From Halocafeteria seosinensis (lineage: Eukaryota), in assembly GCA_001687465.1 (NCBI GenBank), contig LVLI01000517.1, forward strand, positions 1-64,000: a stretch of 64,000 nt of DNA, given 5' to 3'. Positions 1 through 12,279 of the stretch are shown one piece after another. Both the position numbers and the translations under genes were made by a program. The notes beneath the pieces were generated by a model. That model had not been told where the DNA came from and did no database searches. It worked only from the letters and a program-made list of their open reading frames with translations. Position 1 is the first letter of the stretch; each line of letters opens with the position of its first letter.

Positions 1-569
1 CTTTTTCTCCCCTGTGTTCAGATCATGAGTCTACGACCACCACCATCCGCGTGCGTCGGACAACGGACAACCCAATGCGACTTCAAATGAACCTCGTCTG
101 CGTCTCTTTGTGAAGTTCCAAGGACGAGTCACGGTGGAATCGCAAGGTCTACCTGAAGTCCCGGGTAACAAACTAGAGTACGGACCCCAGTACAGTGGTA
201 TATTGTTATGGCCTAACAGAACTAGTTTTTGGTGTATATTAGTTGCCAGCCTGCCGTTAGTACTTGGCATGTGGTGTTTGCAAGTTATTTATCACTATCG
301 TCTGGCATGCAGGTTGCACCTCTTCAGATTCCAGGGTCAGAGCGTTCAACAAGCACTCGGATTGCTCACTGCGGCACAAAACGGAAGCGAGAAGAGTTGT
401 ACTTCTCGGAGTCTCGTGATGGGAGAGCAGCCCCTATCGTACTCAGTTTATTGCGCTATTGTGTCATTACGAGTAGTTGCAAATGTTTGCCAAATAGTGA
501 ATCGGGCAGATCTGAGAATCTCACCACCAAGTTTTCCAAGGACTTCCTGGCAAAAAAAATAAAAGAGTA

Positions 570-2573
570 CTACGCTATTTGAAGCAGCGTTGATAAAGAT
601 CTCGAAATTCGAGTACTTTCTTTCGTAACACTTTCTCGTCCAAATAGATGGCATTTTCGCAAATTCGCTAGGTGAGACAAACCATATTCACTAAGTGTCC
701 CGGTAAGTTGATCGCATTCGGAAATAAACAATGATTCCAATGTGGATAGATGCACGAACATTCTGTCTGTAATACTGGTTTGGGGACATCCAACAATGTC
801 CAGCTCCTTAAGATTCGTCAAATGAGTGAACGCCGCATCTGACAATTGAGTCTGTGTACAATGGTTGATTGTCAATGACGATAGCTGCAGTAAGTGCTGA
901 AACGCTCTATCTGTAATTGTCGATTGACTGCAATGCCGATTCTCTAACCATCGTAGATTCGACAGGAATCTAAATGCTCCTTCAGTAAGCGTACTTCGAT
1001 TGCACATTTCCAGTTGCAAGAGGGTTAATTGGGACAGATGACGAAACGCTAAGTCACCTAGTGCCTCGTGACTACAATTCGACAGGGATAACCTTCTCAA
1101 ACTGGAGAGATGTTGAAACGCGTCATTTGTCAGCGTTTCCTGAAGGCAATCTACAATGGTAAGATCTTCTAAACCCGCTAAGTTCTGAATTCCTGCATCA
1201 GTGATGAAGTCACCATCCAATTCCCACAGGACAAGCGACGATAAACCCTGAAACCGTTGGAAGACTTCGTCACTACGGGCCAAGTTACTACATCTCGACA
1301 GGTCGAGATATTTCCACGTCGACGCGTGCCTGAACGCTGTCTCGGAAAGCAAAGACAGGTCGCAGTCGGTCAATACCAGGCTTGTCAAAGCAGAGAGAAA
1401 GATCATAGCTCGATTGGTAATTTTAGGATTCTGATAGATTCCGCATACGTGTAATTCTTCTAAGGCCGACAAATGCTGAAAGGTGTCACCTTTGGAAAAA
1501 CTCGAATAGTCGATGTTTAAGCTCCTCAATGACTTCAAGTATTCCAGCGTGCTACAAGGCACTCTCAAATGACGAGTGCCCCGTATGCTTAGAAATCGTA
1601 ATTCCTTTAAGTTTGAAAAGATTGCATTCGTGATTGCGGCCTCTTCACAAGAGCATAAGCCAAGAGAAGTTAACTTTCCTAGATGCTGAAAGGCAGCGTT
1701 TGTAATTTTGTCGTGATGACAGTCCATCAGATACAATTCCCCCAGGCCAGATAAGCCTTCAAAGGCTCGATCGGTTACGCCGTCTGTCACCCCACTCAAA
1801 TGAAGGAATGACAAATTCGACAAGTACTGGAATGCTGCATCCGTTATTGCCATCCCTCTGAAAAGGTCTATTTTGAACTCCCGCAGCCGGTGTAAATGTT
1901 GGAATGCAGAATCTGTTATACTATCGAGACCACCACCTGAGAGTTCTAAGGAACTCAATCTTGAGAACTGCTGAAATTCCAAATCTGCCAGTTGCCTTGG
2001 TGAAACAAGTCTCAGTTTGTCTACTTGCTTCAGAGACTTGAATGCCAGATTGATCCGCAATGGTTCATAGTCGTGTAGGGTCAGCGCCGATGCATGCGGC
2101 ATGCTTTCGTAAAGACTTTGGAAGTCCATGTCCGTGAGAGAGGAGCCACGATCTCTACTCGAATAATAGCCGTCATCCCTGGGTTCTCGTGGCTGTCTGG
2201 CTATAATCCGCCCGGCAAAGTGAGGGTATTTTCCGATAAGCCTCTCGATCGGAGCCTCCAAGCAGGTGATTTCGAGTTTACAGTTTGGCCACGCTAACAA
2301 CGCAATTCTATTTCGCTGAGGGTCTCCTTTCGCTACTTGCTCCCAGTAATGCACGATATCGTTGAGCTCCACTGTGGAGTTCTCGTCCTCGGCTAGATGC
2401 GCATATTCGGTTTGCCGGTGCATGTACCATTGCAAATACACTTCCAACAGATCCAGTTTCGTCATCCAAGGATCCATATGAGGGTTGTTCCTACCGCAAA
2501 ATTTGGCGGCGCAAATACTAGACTTCCAACACCACTTTGACATGGTCGAAGGTCTAAACAAATACGACCACAT
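570..2573 (-). CDS. Leucine-rich repeat protein (cysteine-containing ~26-aa LRRs); 5' end uncertain
   Basis: 667-aa ORF; the C-terminal ~450 aa are repeats of the form ITDxAFQHLSxLxxLxLxxC (e.g. LTNDAFQHLSSLRRLSLSNCSHEA). Confidence 0.85.
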   Translation of the reverse strand: MWSYLFRPSTMSKWCWKSSICAAKFCGRNNPHMDPWMTKLDLLEVYLQWYMHRQTEYAHLAEDENSTVELNDIVHYWEQVAKGDPQRNRIALLAWPNCKLEITCLEAPIERLIGKYPHFAGRIIARQPREPRDDGYYSSRDRGSSLTDMDFQSLYESMPHASALTLHDYEPLRINLAFKSLKQVDKLRLVSPRQLADLEFQQFSRLSSLELSGGGLDSITDSAFQHLHRLREFKIDLFRGMAITDAAFQYLSNLSFLHLSGVTDGVTDRAFEGLSGLGELYLMDCHHDKITNAAFQHLGKLTSLGLCSCEEAAITNAIFSNLKELRFLSIRGTRHLRVPCSTLEYLKSLRSLNIDYSSFSKGDTFQHLSALEELHVCGIYQNPKITNRAMIFLSALTSLVLTDCDLSLLSETAFRHASTWKYLDLSRCSNLARSDEVFQRFQGLSSLVLWELDGDFITDAGIQNLAGLEDLTIVDCLQETLTNDAFQHLSSLRRLSLSNCSHEALGDLAFRHLSQLTLLQLEMCNRSTLTEGAFRFLSNLRWLENRHCSQSTITDRAFQHLLQLSSLTINHCTQTQLSDAAFTHLTNLKELDIVGCPQTSITDRMFVHLSTLESLFISECDQLTGTLSEYGLSHLANLRKCHLFGRESVTKESTRISRSLSTLLQIA

Positions 2574-3486
2574 GAACCACTCTTGACTCTTTTGGATTGT
2601 GAAGTCTTGTACATAGTTTCAAAGGCAGTCTTTTTCCTTAAAAATCAGTCGTTCCAACAAGTGGACAAACATCTGGTGCTCAGACAGCCGTTTGGTGTGG
2701 ATCCTGCGGGAACATTTCGAATGGCTGAAGGTAGTTCGTCTAACGCAGCATCTTGAAAGGCCATTCTGGTGTTTCGAATCGCATGCTTGCACAATCTACT
2801 GAAGAAATGTATACACCCTCTTGCATCAGCCTTGCCATCGAAGCGACTTGTCCTGTTTCTCCTGTATCAATGAGAATACCTTCTCTGATAGTCACCTGAG
2901 AAATTGCCTTGAAGTGAGCCGCTTAACAAGCCGGGGGACTCTCCCGATATCATCAAACGCCAGTTCTTGCACCTCAGCGACCGAAGAGCGTAACCACAGC
3001 ATATGAGACTCGTGTGGCTTGGCAGTGCCACTTGGCACGTCGTTGACATCATTGTGAGAGATGGCATTGACGTATCACCGTATACTTGTTGAGGTGCTTC
3101 GCCTACAGCGCCATAGCCGATAGCTTGAATATTCCTATCCAGGAGACTCGCATATGTCCGGATCACGCACATTCGCGTCGTCAAGATCTCGTTCTCAATC
3201 GTCTTGAACGTATTCCAAGTTATTTACTTTTTCTATGGCTGCGAAGTATTTCTACCATTCAAACAGCTGGTTGAGGGTCAAATCTGTCAAGAGTTCTGTT
3301 TCCCTCTCTAATACAGTTAGGCACAGTCTTCAAGGAAGGCATTTGACATGCATCGTATCCCAATTTGTATTTGTCCCAACCTGGCTGCATCTACCTGTAT
3401 CCTCGCTCTTTGACGACTCTAACAACCTTTGTCTCCTTCAGCAGAAGACAATCTTTATTCACAAACATATGAATTCAATTTTGTTG

Positions 3487-4317
3487 CTATAACAAGGCGC
3501 ATTTCTTGCGCTTTTGCCTCTCTTCCTCCAGTCGCATGTCCTCTGCTTCGATCTCGTCCGCAATGACTGTTCTACCTTCTGCTTTCTCATCCCCTAATTT
3601 CACAGACGAACGCACGACACTCGCAAATGCATCAAGTTCCCCCGGAGTCAGTGATATGCCTGCTGCTTCGCCTACGATTTCCGCGAAAAACTTGACTACG
3701 TTGTCCCCGTTCTTGGCTGAGACGCGATCACCTCCATCCAATTCGTTCTCCTGAACAAACTTGCTGTGAGCTTGCTCTGAGACTTGGATGTTGCTGATGA
3801 GATCGAGCTTATTCCCTAAAAGGTAGAATAACCTCCGATTGTTTTTTCTACCCTGAGTATCGTCAACATCTTGAAAATCCTCCTGGATTCTGTCAGCTTC
3901 CTTGATGGCTTCGCGTACACGTCGAATCCAGTCCTCTACGTCTTGCAATGACGCGCGATCCGTGACGTCGTAGCAGAACACTACCACATGAGTGCCCGAC
4001 AAGTAGTTCGGCAGCATCTTACTTCGTAACGACTGGCCCCCAATATCGGTGAATTCCACTAGAACCGAAGTTCCGCGTAACGTGAATGAGGTCGAAGCCC
4101 AGTCCGATCCTAGTGTTTGCTTGTACTGCTTCGGGAAACCTGCAATCCCGTCCCCCGAATATGTCCGATCCCCCGAAGATAATTTAGCAGCATTTTTCTC
4201 CGTAATTGTCTTGATAACACCACAAACAGATGACTTCCCGACCGATCCATTTCCGACTAAAGCCACGCGGATGACGTTTTGGTTCCGTTTACCTTGTTCA
4301 CTGCTTCTCGCTGACAT
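3487..4317 (-). CDS. RAB28: Rab28-like small GTPase, intronless
   Basis: G1 GNGSVGKS; effector YKQTLGSD; Rab28-type DIGGQ...KML..Y; G4 NKLD; G5 SAK; C-terminal CaaX (CALL). Confidence 0.85.
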   Translation of the reverse strand: MSARSSEQGKRNQNVIRVALVGNGSVGKSSVCGVIKTITEKNAAKLSSGDRTYSGDGIAGFPKQYKQTLGSDWASTSFTLRGTSVLVEFTDIGGQSLRSKMLPNYLSGTHVVVFCYDVTDRASLQDVEDWIRRVREAIKEADRIQEDFQDVDDTQGRKNNRRLFYLLGNKLDLISNIQVSEQAHSKFVQENELDGGDRVSAKNGDNVVKFFAEIVGEAAGISLTPGELDAFASVVRSSVKLGDEKAEGRTVIADEIEAEDMRLEEERQKRKKCALL

Positions 4318-4648
4318 TTTTGATATGCTACATGCCTACGTTTCTCCTTCAAATACGGGGTAAAACGTGCTCAAATGACGCATTAACCTTGCCAATTCCT
4401 CTTTTCTGGGCCCCGATTCTTCTCGGCTTCAGGCCGCTTCCCCAGAAGCGTGCAATCTTTTGTTTGACTATACATCAGGCGTCAATCTTTTGTTTCACTC
4501 AATAAATGCTTATTTTCTCGCGCTTTAAGGTGCTATTTTGGTACGATTTAATGATATAGTGTCCATTCTATATGATAGATTAGAATACATAGTAGTAGAA
4601 TATGGTAGTGGAATTGAGGAAAAAGGCATAGAAGGGTTAGAAATAGCC

Positions 4649-7600
4649 ATGAGACGCTTCTTGCAGACCACCTCCACGAGGAGGTCTTCTCCCTTAATGA
4701 GCTCATTACATCGACCAAACGGGACTTATGCACATTCCGTGTCGAGAAATATTAGGGTAGCTCGTGGGGCCTTGGGTATAGGTGGTCAGATTCGGACGAA
4801 ATCGACAAATGAAGGCGAAGGAAGCAGTGAATACCAGGTGGTTGAAGATGAAAATGAGTCCTTTACGCGTGCTTCTGAGGACCCTAATGGCTCCTTGTCG
4901 TCCCATAAGGGCTCCCTAGGGTCCCAGTCCGACTCAGTCGGTGGCTCAGGCATAGATGATACTGCTCTGCGGGAGATGGGGAAAACGAGGTCTCCATTCA
5001 CTAACTATGAGTTCGATATTTACAGTGATGCGCCTTATCCGATTTGGTGGTTTAATCCTGAAGGGAAGTGGTACCAGGCCATTATGAAGGGCACAAGGTT
5101 TTCTGCGGATGTACTGGAGCAGTGGCACCAATTCTCAGGGCTGCCCTGGTGGGCGACAATCGCCACGGGAGTGGTGGGAATACGATTGGCCTTGGCACCG
5201 CTGACCCTGTACTCCATTCGAAATGCAGCAAGGTACGTGGTTCATTAGTGTTTGGCCAGCTTACAAGACGGCATCGCCCTAATTCTCTGTTTGTGTGTCT
5301 TGTTGTGTGTATGCAGAGCCGGGGATGCGCGAGAGGATATACGGGATGTGGTGAATGCCTACACACACGCTAACCAAATGCTGGGATCTAATGCTTCTCC
5401 ACCAGAGAAACTCAAGCTAGCAACTACTACTTTGTCAGGTCTACGAGCATCGCTTCATAAAGCAAATTGCTATCCATGGAGGTCTATTATACTGCCATTT
5501 GCACATTGGCCCTTGATTGTTCTAGGAGTGTTCGGGGCCAGACATCTAGTGATGCTGGGGGATGAATCGTTCGAAACGGGCGGTGCATTGTGGTTCACGG
5601 ACTTGACCGTGGCTGACACCACGTATGCTTTACCGGCAGCTGCATACTTTTTAGGATATTCTTTCATGGAATACGCATACGGGATACAACGTCCGGGACA
5701 ACATCAAGGAATGTCCGGTGCCCCTGCATTAGTGGGCCGAAAATTTCTCTCCTTTATAAAGAACGCTTCACAACTATGGATCATATGCTCTATACCGTTA
5801 ACCTACCAGTTTCCTAGCGGACTCTATATTGCATGGATAACTGGCAGTCTCTATGGAATTGTATGGGTGTCACTAATTCGCAGCAAGCCCGTGTATCACA
5901 TGATCACGGGGAGAGATCCGGCCGAAATCGAACGAGATCGCCAACTATTTGACTTCGTCGTGAAGAAGAGCGAGCAGTCGGGGAATGAAGGGGAAAATGG
6001 TAATGAGGATAAAGAGTCCGGAATCTCCCCAAAAGAACAAAACAGTGGCACTCCTACTTCCAATATTGCTACTGCTGCTACAGCTGGTTGCTCGCCGTTT
6101 GGAAAGGCCAATGCGACTGCGTTGCAGCGTGTTACGGTAGACTCGTCTAGAATTTTCATCAGACAGCCAGGCTTGTACGAACTAAGGCCAGGGTTAAATC
6201 CGATGCTGCTACTACCGGAATATGGGATAAATACCAATGATGAAGGCAGCTATCCGGATTCCTACTTCGTCCCCAAGAAATCCCTCAGCGATGAGCAGCA
6301 GGAGGCGATAAGCGATGCTGTGGGACAAGTACTATCTCACAAGAGACTGAATCACATGATTTTCTCAAGAAAGAAGCGGCCTCGGAAAATGAACTACGCC
6401 ATGTCTAGCGCAGTAGCAGGTACCGGCGACTCTGAATCGTCTATCGGCTCTACTGGTGGTGAGCGGCATGATAGGGAGTCTGAGAGAGCAAGTCGAAGAG
6501 TCTGGCGTACTTCAAACTCTAGTATTCTCTCTTCACCACAAGTCTCGTTCAGACGATGGCTTGACAAGTTTCGCATTTGCTATGTCTCTAGGGATGCTGG
6601 AACCCTCAGTGACGACTCTGGTACTGGCAATGAAAAATCCAACCACGACGGACTTGCTGCGTTTTTAGGGATTGCGAAGAGGTATGCTTCAGAAAGGGCA
6701 GGAATCTGCAGTCCTGAGAAGATTGCATTGGATGCAGCTAGGCTTATTGTCGGCGAGCCAGAAACTATGCGGGTTATAGCAAAGCGGTACAGTTTTCGCG
6801 ATGCTGAAAAAACAAGTCTCCATGAGTTGGTGTCGGGGATTTTTCCTTCAATGGCAAAAAAGATTGGTAGTAACTCTGACGACGTTCCGCATGAACTTCT
6901 TGCGGGAGCATATCACTACGTAGATGTAGATAGTGCAGATATTTTCCAAATCGCTCGTTCGTTGCTGGAAAATGAGTCTGATACGAAGACAACCGCTGGT
7001 GAGTCCACAGACACGCTGGAGCAACAGCATCAAGCATGCGCGGTATCTCTGGCTCTGGGGTATATGATACGTATGCAAAGTCATCGATCACGGACGCACA
7101 AAAAGACTACTCGCTTTGACGCGGATTTTGGAGAGGATCCAATCTCTGCTTATCGTGGGTCCCGTTTCACCGCCACGCTTCGAAAGAAGCGTGAACAGTT
7201 AACCCGTTTCTTAGAGGGACGGGAACCACCGGCGAATAGGACATGGAGTAGCAGGTCGGCCGGGTCCCATTACCACAGGGAGGGAACGGAAGGTGCAATA
7301 CCAGGTGGTGAGTTCGAGCACCTAGTGGGCGTGACTCATGGTGAACATGAAGTTGAGAAGGCTAAGCAGGAAAGCATGAAGGAGAAAAAGGTGGAACAAT
7401 TACAGAATACGTTCAAGAAGATACTAGACCTGTATGCCAACGACCTGGGGGGCTCTTACAAAGCCAAGTCCTACAAGAGTGCTGAATCAGCGAAATTTTC
7501 CACAACTAGGTACATCGTCGGCGAATCTAAGAAAATCAACCTACACGAGGATCTGCGTTCAATTGCATTCGAAGAAGATGCCTTGGACACGTCGGCAGCC

Positions 7601-7984
7601 TCTTCGACCTCGATGAGCAAGCGTGACTTAATGGCACCACCGTCTCCGGAGAGGCGACCATCGTCTATTGAGGATGACATCGCGTTTCTGGCCGAGCGAG
7701 GTCAAGATCCCAAATTAACCCAAGACTTCCTGTACAACGTACTTCCTGGGTTCCGCTCTGGAGCCCGGTCACCAACCTCAGTTCCATTATCCCCCCAGAT
7801 GCAGCGGAAAGTCGAGGAGAAGGCTGGAATCGCGCGTGAACTTCCAGATAGCACATCCGAGGAGCATGTGGACTATCTGAAGCACTTGAAAACATTAATC
7901 GAAGAGGATGAGGAAGCGGATCGCCGGAATCAGCTCCAGAATTCCCAACTGGATTCCAGTTCCCCTTCCTCACGGTCCAAGTGA
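4649..7984 (+). CDS. Mitochondrial Oxa1/Cox18 (YidC family) insertase with long C-terminal extension; exons 4649-5232 and 5317-7984 (~1083 aa)
   Basis: Arg/Ser-rich presequence MRRFLQTTSTRR; YidC motifs GLPWWATI..GIRLALAPL and GGALWFTDLTVAD..YALP. An 84-nt intron 5233-5316 (GTACGT..CTAAT..CAG) joins the two same-frame ORFs. Confidence 0.85.
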
Positions 7985-9286
7985 AGAGGGGATACATGAA
8001 TGTATTTGAGTAGTATGGAAGAGATCTAGGATGCATACCTGGTATGCGTATACATATACATACAGCTACCACTAGAGGAATTCAGAATTCCTCTATACAT
8101 GTACGCCTCAGACTTTAATTCCTATCGACTCGCGCAGAGTAGCAACACTTTTTTGTGTATATCTTTATAAACTGTGTGTCTACTTGCTTGCGCCATTCAT
8201 TCAATAGTGTAGCTAGAGGAAAATTTCAAAACAAAGATTCCTGCCGATAATGCGTTAATTTTGCTCGATTCCTTTTGTCCATTTCTACCTGATACAGAGC
8301 TGTTTTCTTCCCAGAGTTTTCAGTATACGAAAGCAAATTGTATTGCGCATCGATTGGTGGGTAGAATGTGTCCTTGGAGTGTATGGAAAGCAGCGAAAGT
8401 TTACTTTTTGTTACCCCGAGGCGCTGGGCTTCCGTATTGGATGGTTCCTCCTTCTTCTGATTCGAATTCAGCCGAGGGTCTGGGGTGAATGCCCTTGCTC
8501 TGTGCCACCTGGAATGCTTTGCTCAGACTGGAGAGACCATGTTCTGCAGGCAGCACCATCAAAATCAAGCATAAACGACACAAAATACGCCCTCCGGAAG
8601 CAAATCGATTTGAATTCTCGAGCCAGGGAACCACGCTCCCCTATAGCATCCCTTTGGGAAAAATAACAAAAAGTATTGAAGTTGGAACCTACCGGCTTCG
8701 GCAACGAATTTGAGCAATTCTTCCCCTTCTTCGCCTTTATCTTGGGCTCCTGCCCTCAAATCACGGATTTTAGCCGTGAGTGTGGAGATCAAAGTTCGCG
8801 TTTCCGAGTCCATTTTTGCTTTGCTTTAGTTTCTTTCCGTTCGTAATTTTTGTTGTCGCGTACTGTAGAATGTGTATCAACCCGCCGTTTGTAATTTGAA
8901 ATAACGAGTTTAACGTTAAGTGGAACTTAACAGTGGAATTCAAAGTTGCGGAACGAATTGGCGTAGGTGGAAAGGAAAGAGTCGAAGTAATGAGAATTCC
9001 TCTGATGCAATTACTCCACACAGATCTGGTTGTATTGTTATTCATTGGAGAAGCACTACAACTTATAACTTCATTCACGAGATAAGCCGAGATGGTGCCT
9101 CAGCTCACTTAACTTGGACTTCCTGTACCAGAAGTCCTGTAAGTACTACCAGTTAAGCCTCTTTCAGTCGTCGTAAACGGATTCATTCTTCCTCAGTGAG
9201 CACACCAAACTCGATTACACAGGTACCGTCGTAGCTTACCCATATACAGGCGAACTCGTTTGAGTACAGAGTGTAGTCACTTCTAG

Positions 9287-12160
9287 TTAGTAGTGCGACG
9301 GTAGAATTGGCCCGAATTCCTTCTTCGATACGACAGTTCGAGCATACTTCTCTCGCTTCTCTTTCGCTTCACGAAGGAGAGTATCAAAATGATGACATTG
9401 GTCCCTCTTGGCGAATTCCAGCTGAGCTGTCCTATCCTTAGGCCGCTGCATGTCAACCTTGCTCTCTGTTGCGCGTTCGTTGTCCAGTTCAGCTGAAGTT
9501 TTCGATGTCGATGTATCGACCTCGATCTCCACCAATGGAGGCGGTTCGGCTAGTAACTTCGCCTTCCACTGTCGTAACTTCAGTTTGGTTCGATCGAGAC
9601 GGCTCATGGCTTGCGTGTTCACACTAGACGCTAACGCTACATGGATAACCGCATTGCCACTGGCAGATTGTTTTCTTTCCCCTGTACCCAATTTCGGAGA
9701 AGATACGGAAACCACTCGGATCTTTTCCAAAAGAGTCTCACGCTCTGCACTCACATCTAGGAACATTACCTGCGGCTGAGATGTTGAGGGCATTTCATAT
9801 GCCGCTTGAGTTGAACCAGTAACACTCGAAGTTTCTACTCCACTAAAAACTGATGACACTGGATGGGATCCTATTTGCCGTTGCACAGCTTGCCATTGGT
9901 TGAGTGAGAACTGCTTGGAGGGACGTTCTCCACTAGCTGAAGGAGCAGCGCGAGTCGCACTATTGGCAACTAAATTTGAGGACAGGGGGTTAACATGCGC
10001 CACTTTATACCCATCAGATGTATCTTTGGAATACACCCTAGATCCATGAGCTTGAGGTTTACTGACATCGCTTACGCTAACACTCTTCGACTCCTGCTTC
10101 CTGAAGGAGGCATATGAAATTTGGAATGGTAGGCCGGTAGTATTGCTAGCCATCACTTGAAAATTGCAGATTGGAATGCCTAGCTGACTTGCATACATTG
10201 ACTTGGGATCATCATGTTCCGTCGCCAAGCGAGAATTCCTTCGTCGTCGATATACGATAAAACTCAAGCACAGTGCTCCCATGGCGGTGAAGAAAGCAGT
10301 CACAAGCGCAAGGGCTACAAGAGGTAGGGAGTTCCCGTTGGAAGCGGGAACCAATGCCCCATTGTGCTTCTGCGGCGCGACGCTACTGGTGATCATTTCA
10401 TTTACTACAGTGGTGTTGGTTGGAGAAGGTGTCGGAGCTGGCAAGGAAGCACTCNAAGAGGGTTGTAACACCGCCGAGTTCGTAGCACTAACGGATGGAA
10501 GTGTCGATTGATTCACCACTGATTCCGAAGGAGACAAACGGGTGCTGTTTGCTGACGCGGTCGATGTCGCAGTCAATCCACCCACATTGATAGATTCCAA
10601 AGGAGTCGTTGTGGTCTTGTGGGATAGAGGTGTCGACGAAGTTACCGAGGGTGTGCTGCTTCATGGCGATTGCAGTGTGGGATATTCAACTCCGTACGTT
10701 GCAGTCGCCGGGGTTGAAGGATTCCTTGAGCAAGGAACAGTTGGTGAAACTGAAGTCGAAGGAGTCAATGACGCTATGCCGGAGGATGAAGTTGAGCTTG
10801 AAGATTCCCCTGTCCAAGTCGGGATCGATGACCTTGTTGTGGAGCTAGAAGCAGTGGACGTAGGCGTTATCGCAGCTTTGGTTGTTACTGTTACCGTTCC
10901 AGTAACGCTGAAAGAGGAAGCGCTTGTTGCACTGGGTGATGAGGAGCAGGAAGGACTGGAGGAACTAGAGCTTGTGCTTGTACTTGCCGGGGAGCTGGAG
11001 CTAGTAATGGTCGATGTTGGAGAGCGAGTGCTGGGGCCACTTGGTGTAGGAGTAGTTGATACGGACGGTGTTGCACTTCTTGAAGCCGACGTAGTTGGAG
11101 TTGGAGTAGCAAGACTTAGGAGCTGAAAACGCAATATTGGAAGACTATACCCGTTGCAAATGTATCCACCCGCACCCCATATCTTGTCTGACCATTTTAC
11201 TATCCCATTGAATCTAAATAAAGTACCGTTTATATCTGACAAGTCCGCCGAATTCCCTGTGCTGTGTAGCGCATTCTCCGCGACTGCATTCCCTACCTCC
11301 GAGGTCTTGCTGCTGCCATTGTATACTGAGTAGCTCACTCGAACATCATCGTTGGCACCCGGATATACATGTATGGACCCAATGAATCCACCAGCATTGA
11401 GGTCTGACGTGATACTACCGGCTACATACGTATTGTTGATGTATACAACACCAAACGGTGATCCCTCCCCTCCTGTATAAGCTCCTGCAATGCCTCAAGC
11501 TACGGAGCCAACAATGTCTCCTCGTGTATAACAATCTAGGATTTTTACTACACCTTCATTTTGTGCTGTGAATCCTCCAGCAATTCCTCCGCATTTGTCG
11601 TTGATCTGGCCTGCGGTATAGCATTCCCGGATAAACACAATACCATTGCTGAGACCAGCATGAGCGCCGACAATACCACCACTCCAGACACCAAGAATAT
11701 CCCCTGTGGAATAGGAATGAGTTATATATACCTGGCCATTCTCATGACCACCATCTGCGCCACAAATTCCACCAGCATTTGATCCCACAATATTCCCAGT
11801 GGAATGACAAACCGTGATATTGACAATCCCATGAATGTCGCCTACCGAGGCTCCTGCAATTCCGCCAGCTCCATTTGCTGCTATTGAACCAGTTGAATAG
11901 GAATTCAAAATCTTGATATGGCCGTTGTTATAACCACATCGAGCGCCACAAAAACCACCACTTTGGAAACCGCGCATTTCTCCTGTGGACTTGCAGCGAG
12001 TTATATACACCTGACCATTGGTATGACCAGCATTAGTGCCACAAATTCCACCAGCATTTGATCCCACAATATTCCCAGCGGAATGACAACCCTGATATTG
12101 ACAATCCCGGCTTTGTATCCTGCCGAGGCTCCTGCAATCCCACCCGCTCCATTCGCTGCT
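9287..12160 (-). pseudogene. Surface-receptor family copy A, 5'-truncated pseudogene
   Basis: ORFs 11495-12217, 10661-11338 and 9287-10600 share one frame, separated by TGA at 11495-11497 (replaces Gly of AGGI) and TGA at 10661-10663. 1-bp deletion near 12090; no N-terminal DLR/signal region; TM and tail retained. Ambiguous base n at 10455. Confidence 0.8.
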
Positions 12161-12279
12161 TGCCTGGTGCGGAGTGGCCTGGTGTCGCACTGCGACAGTC
12201 GCAGGGACTCCCAGCACCCTGCGGGCTGGACTGAGCTAAGCGACTAAGCGTTCCAGGTTGTCCATACAGCTAAAAAAAG

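Noticed and set aside
110..562. 150-aa plus-strand ORF with a hydrophobic stretch
   Set aside because: No recognisable motif and near the window edge; cannot be supported.
8260..9250. Short minus-strand ORFs that look like broken coding sequence
   Set aside because: No identifiable motif or internal homologue.
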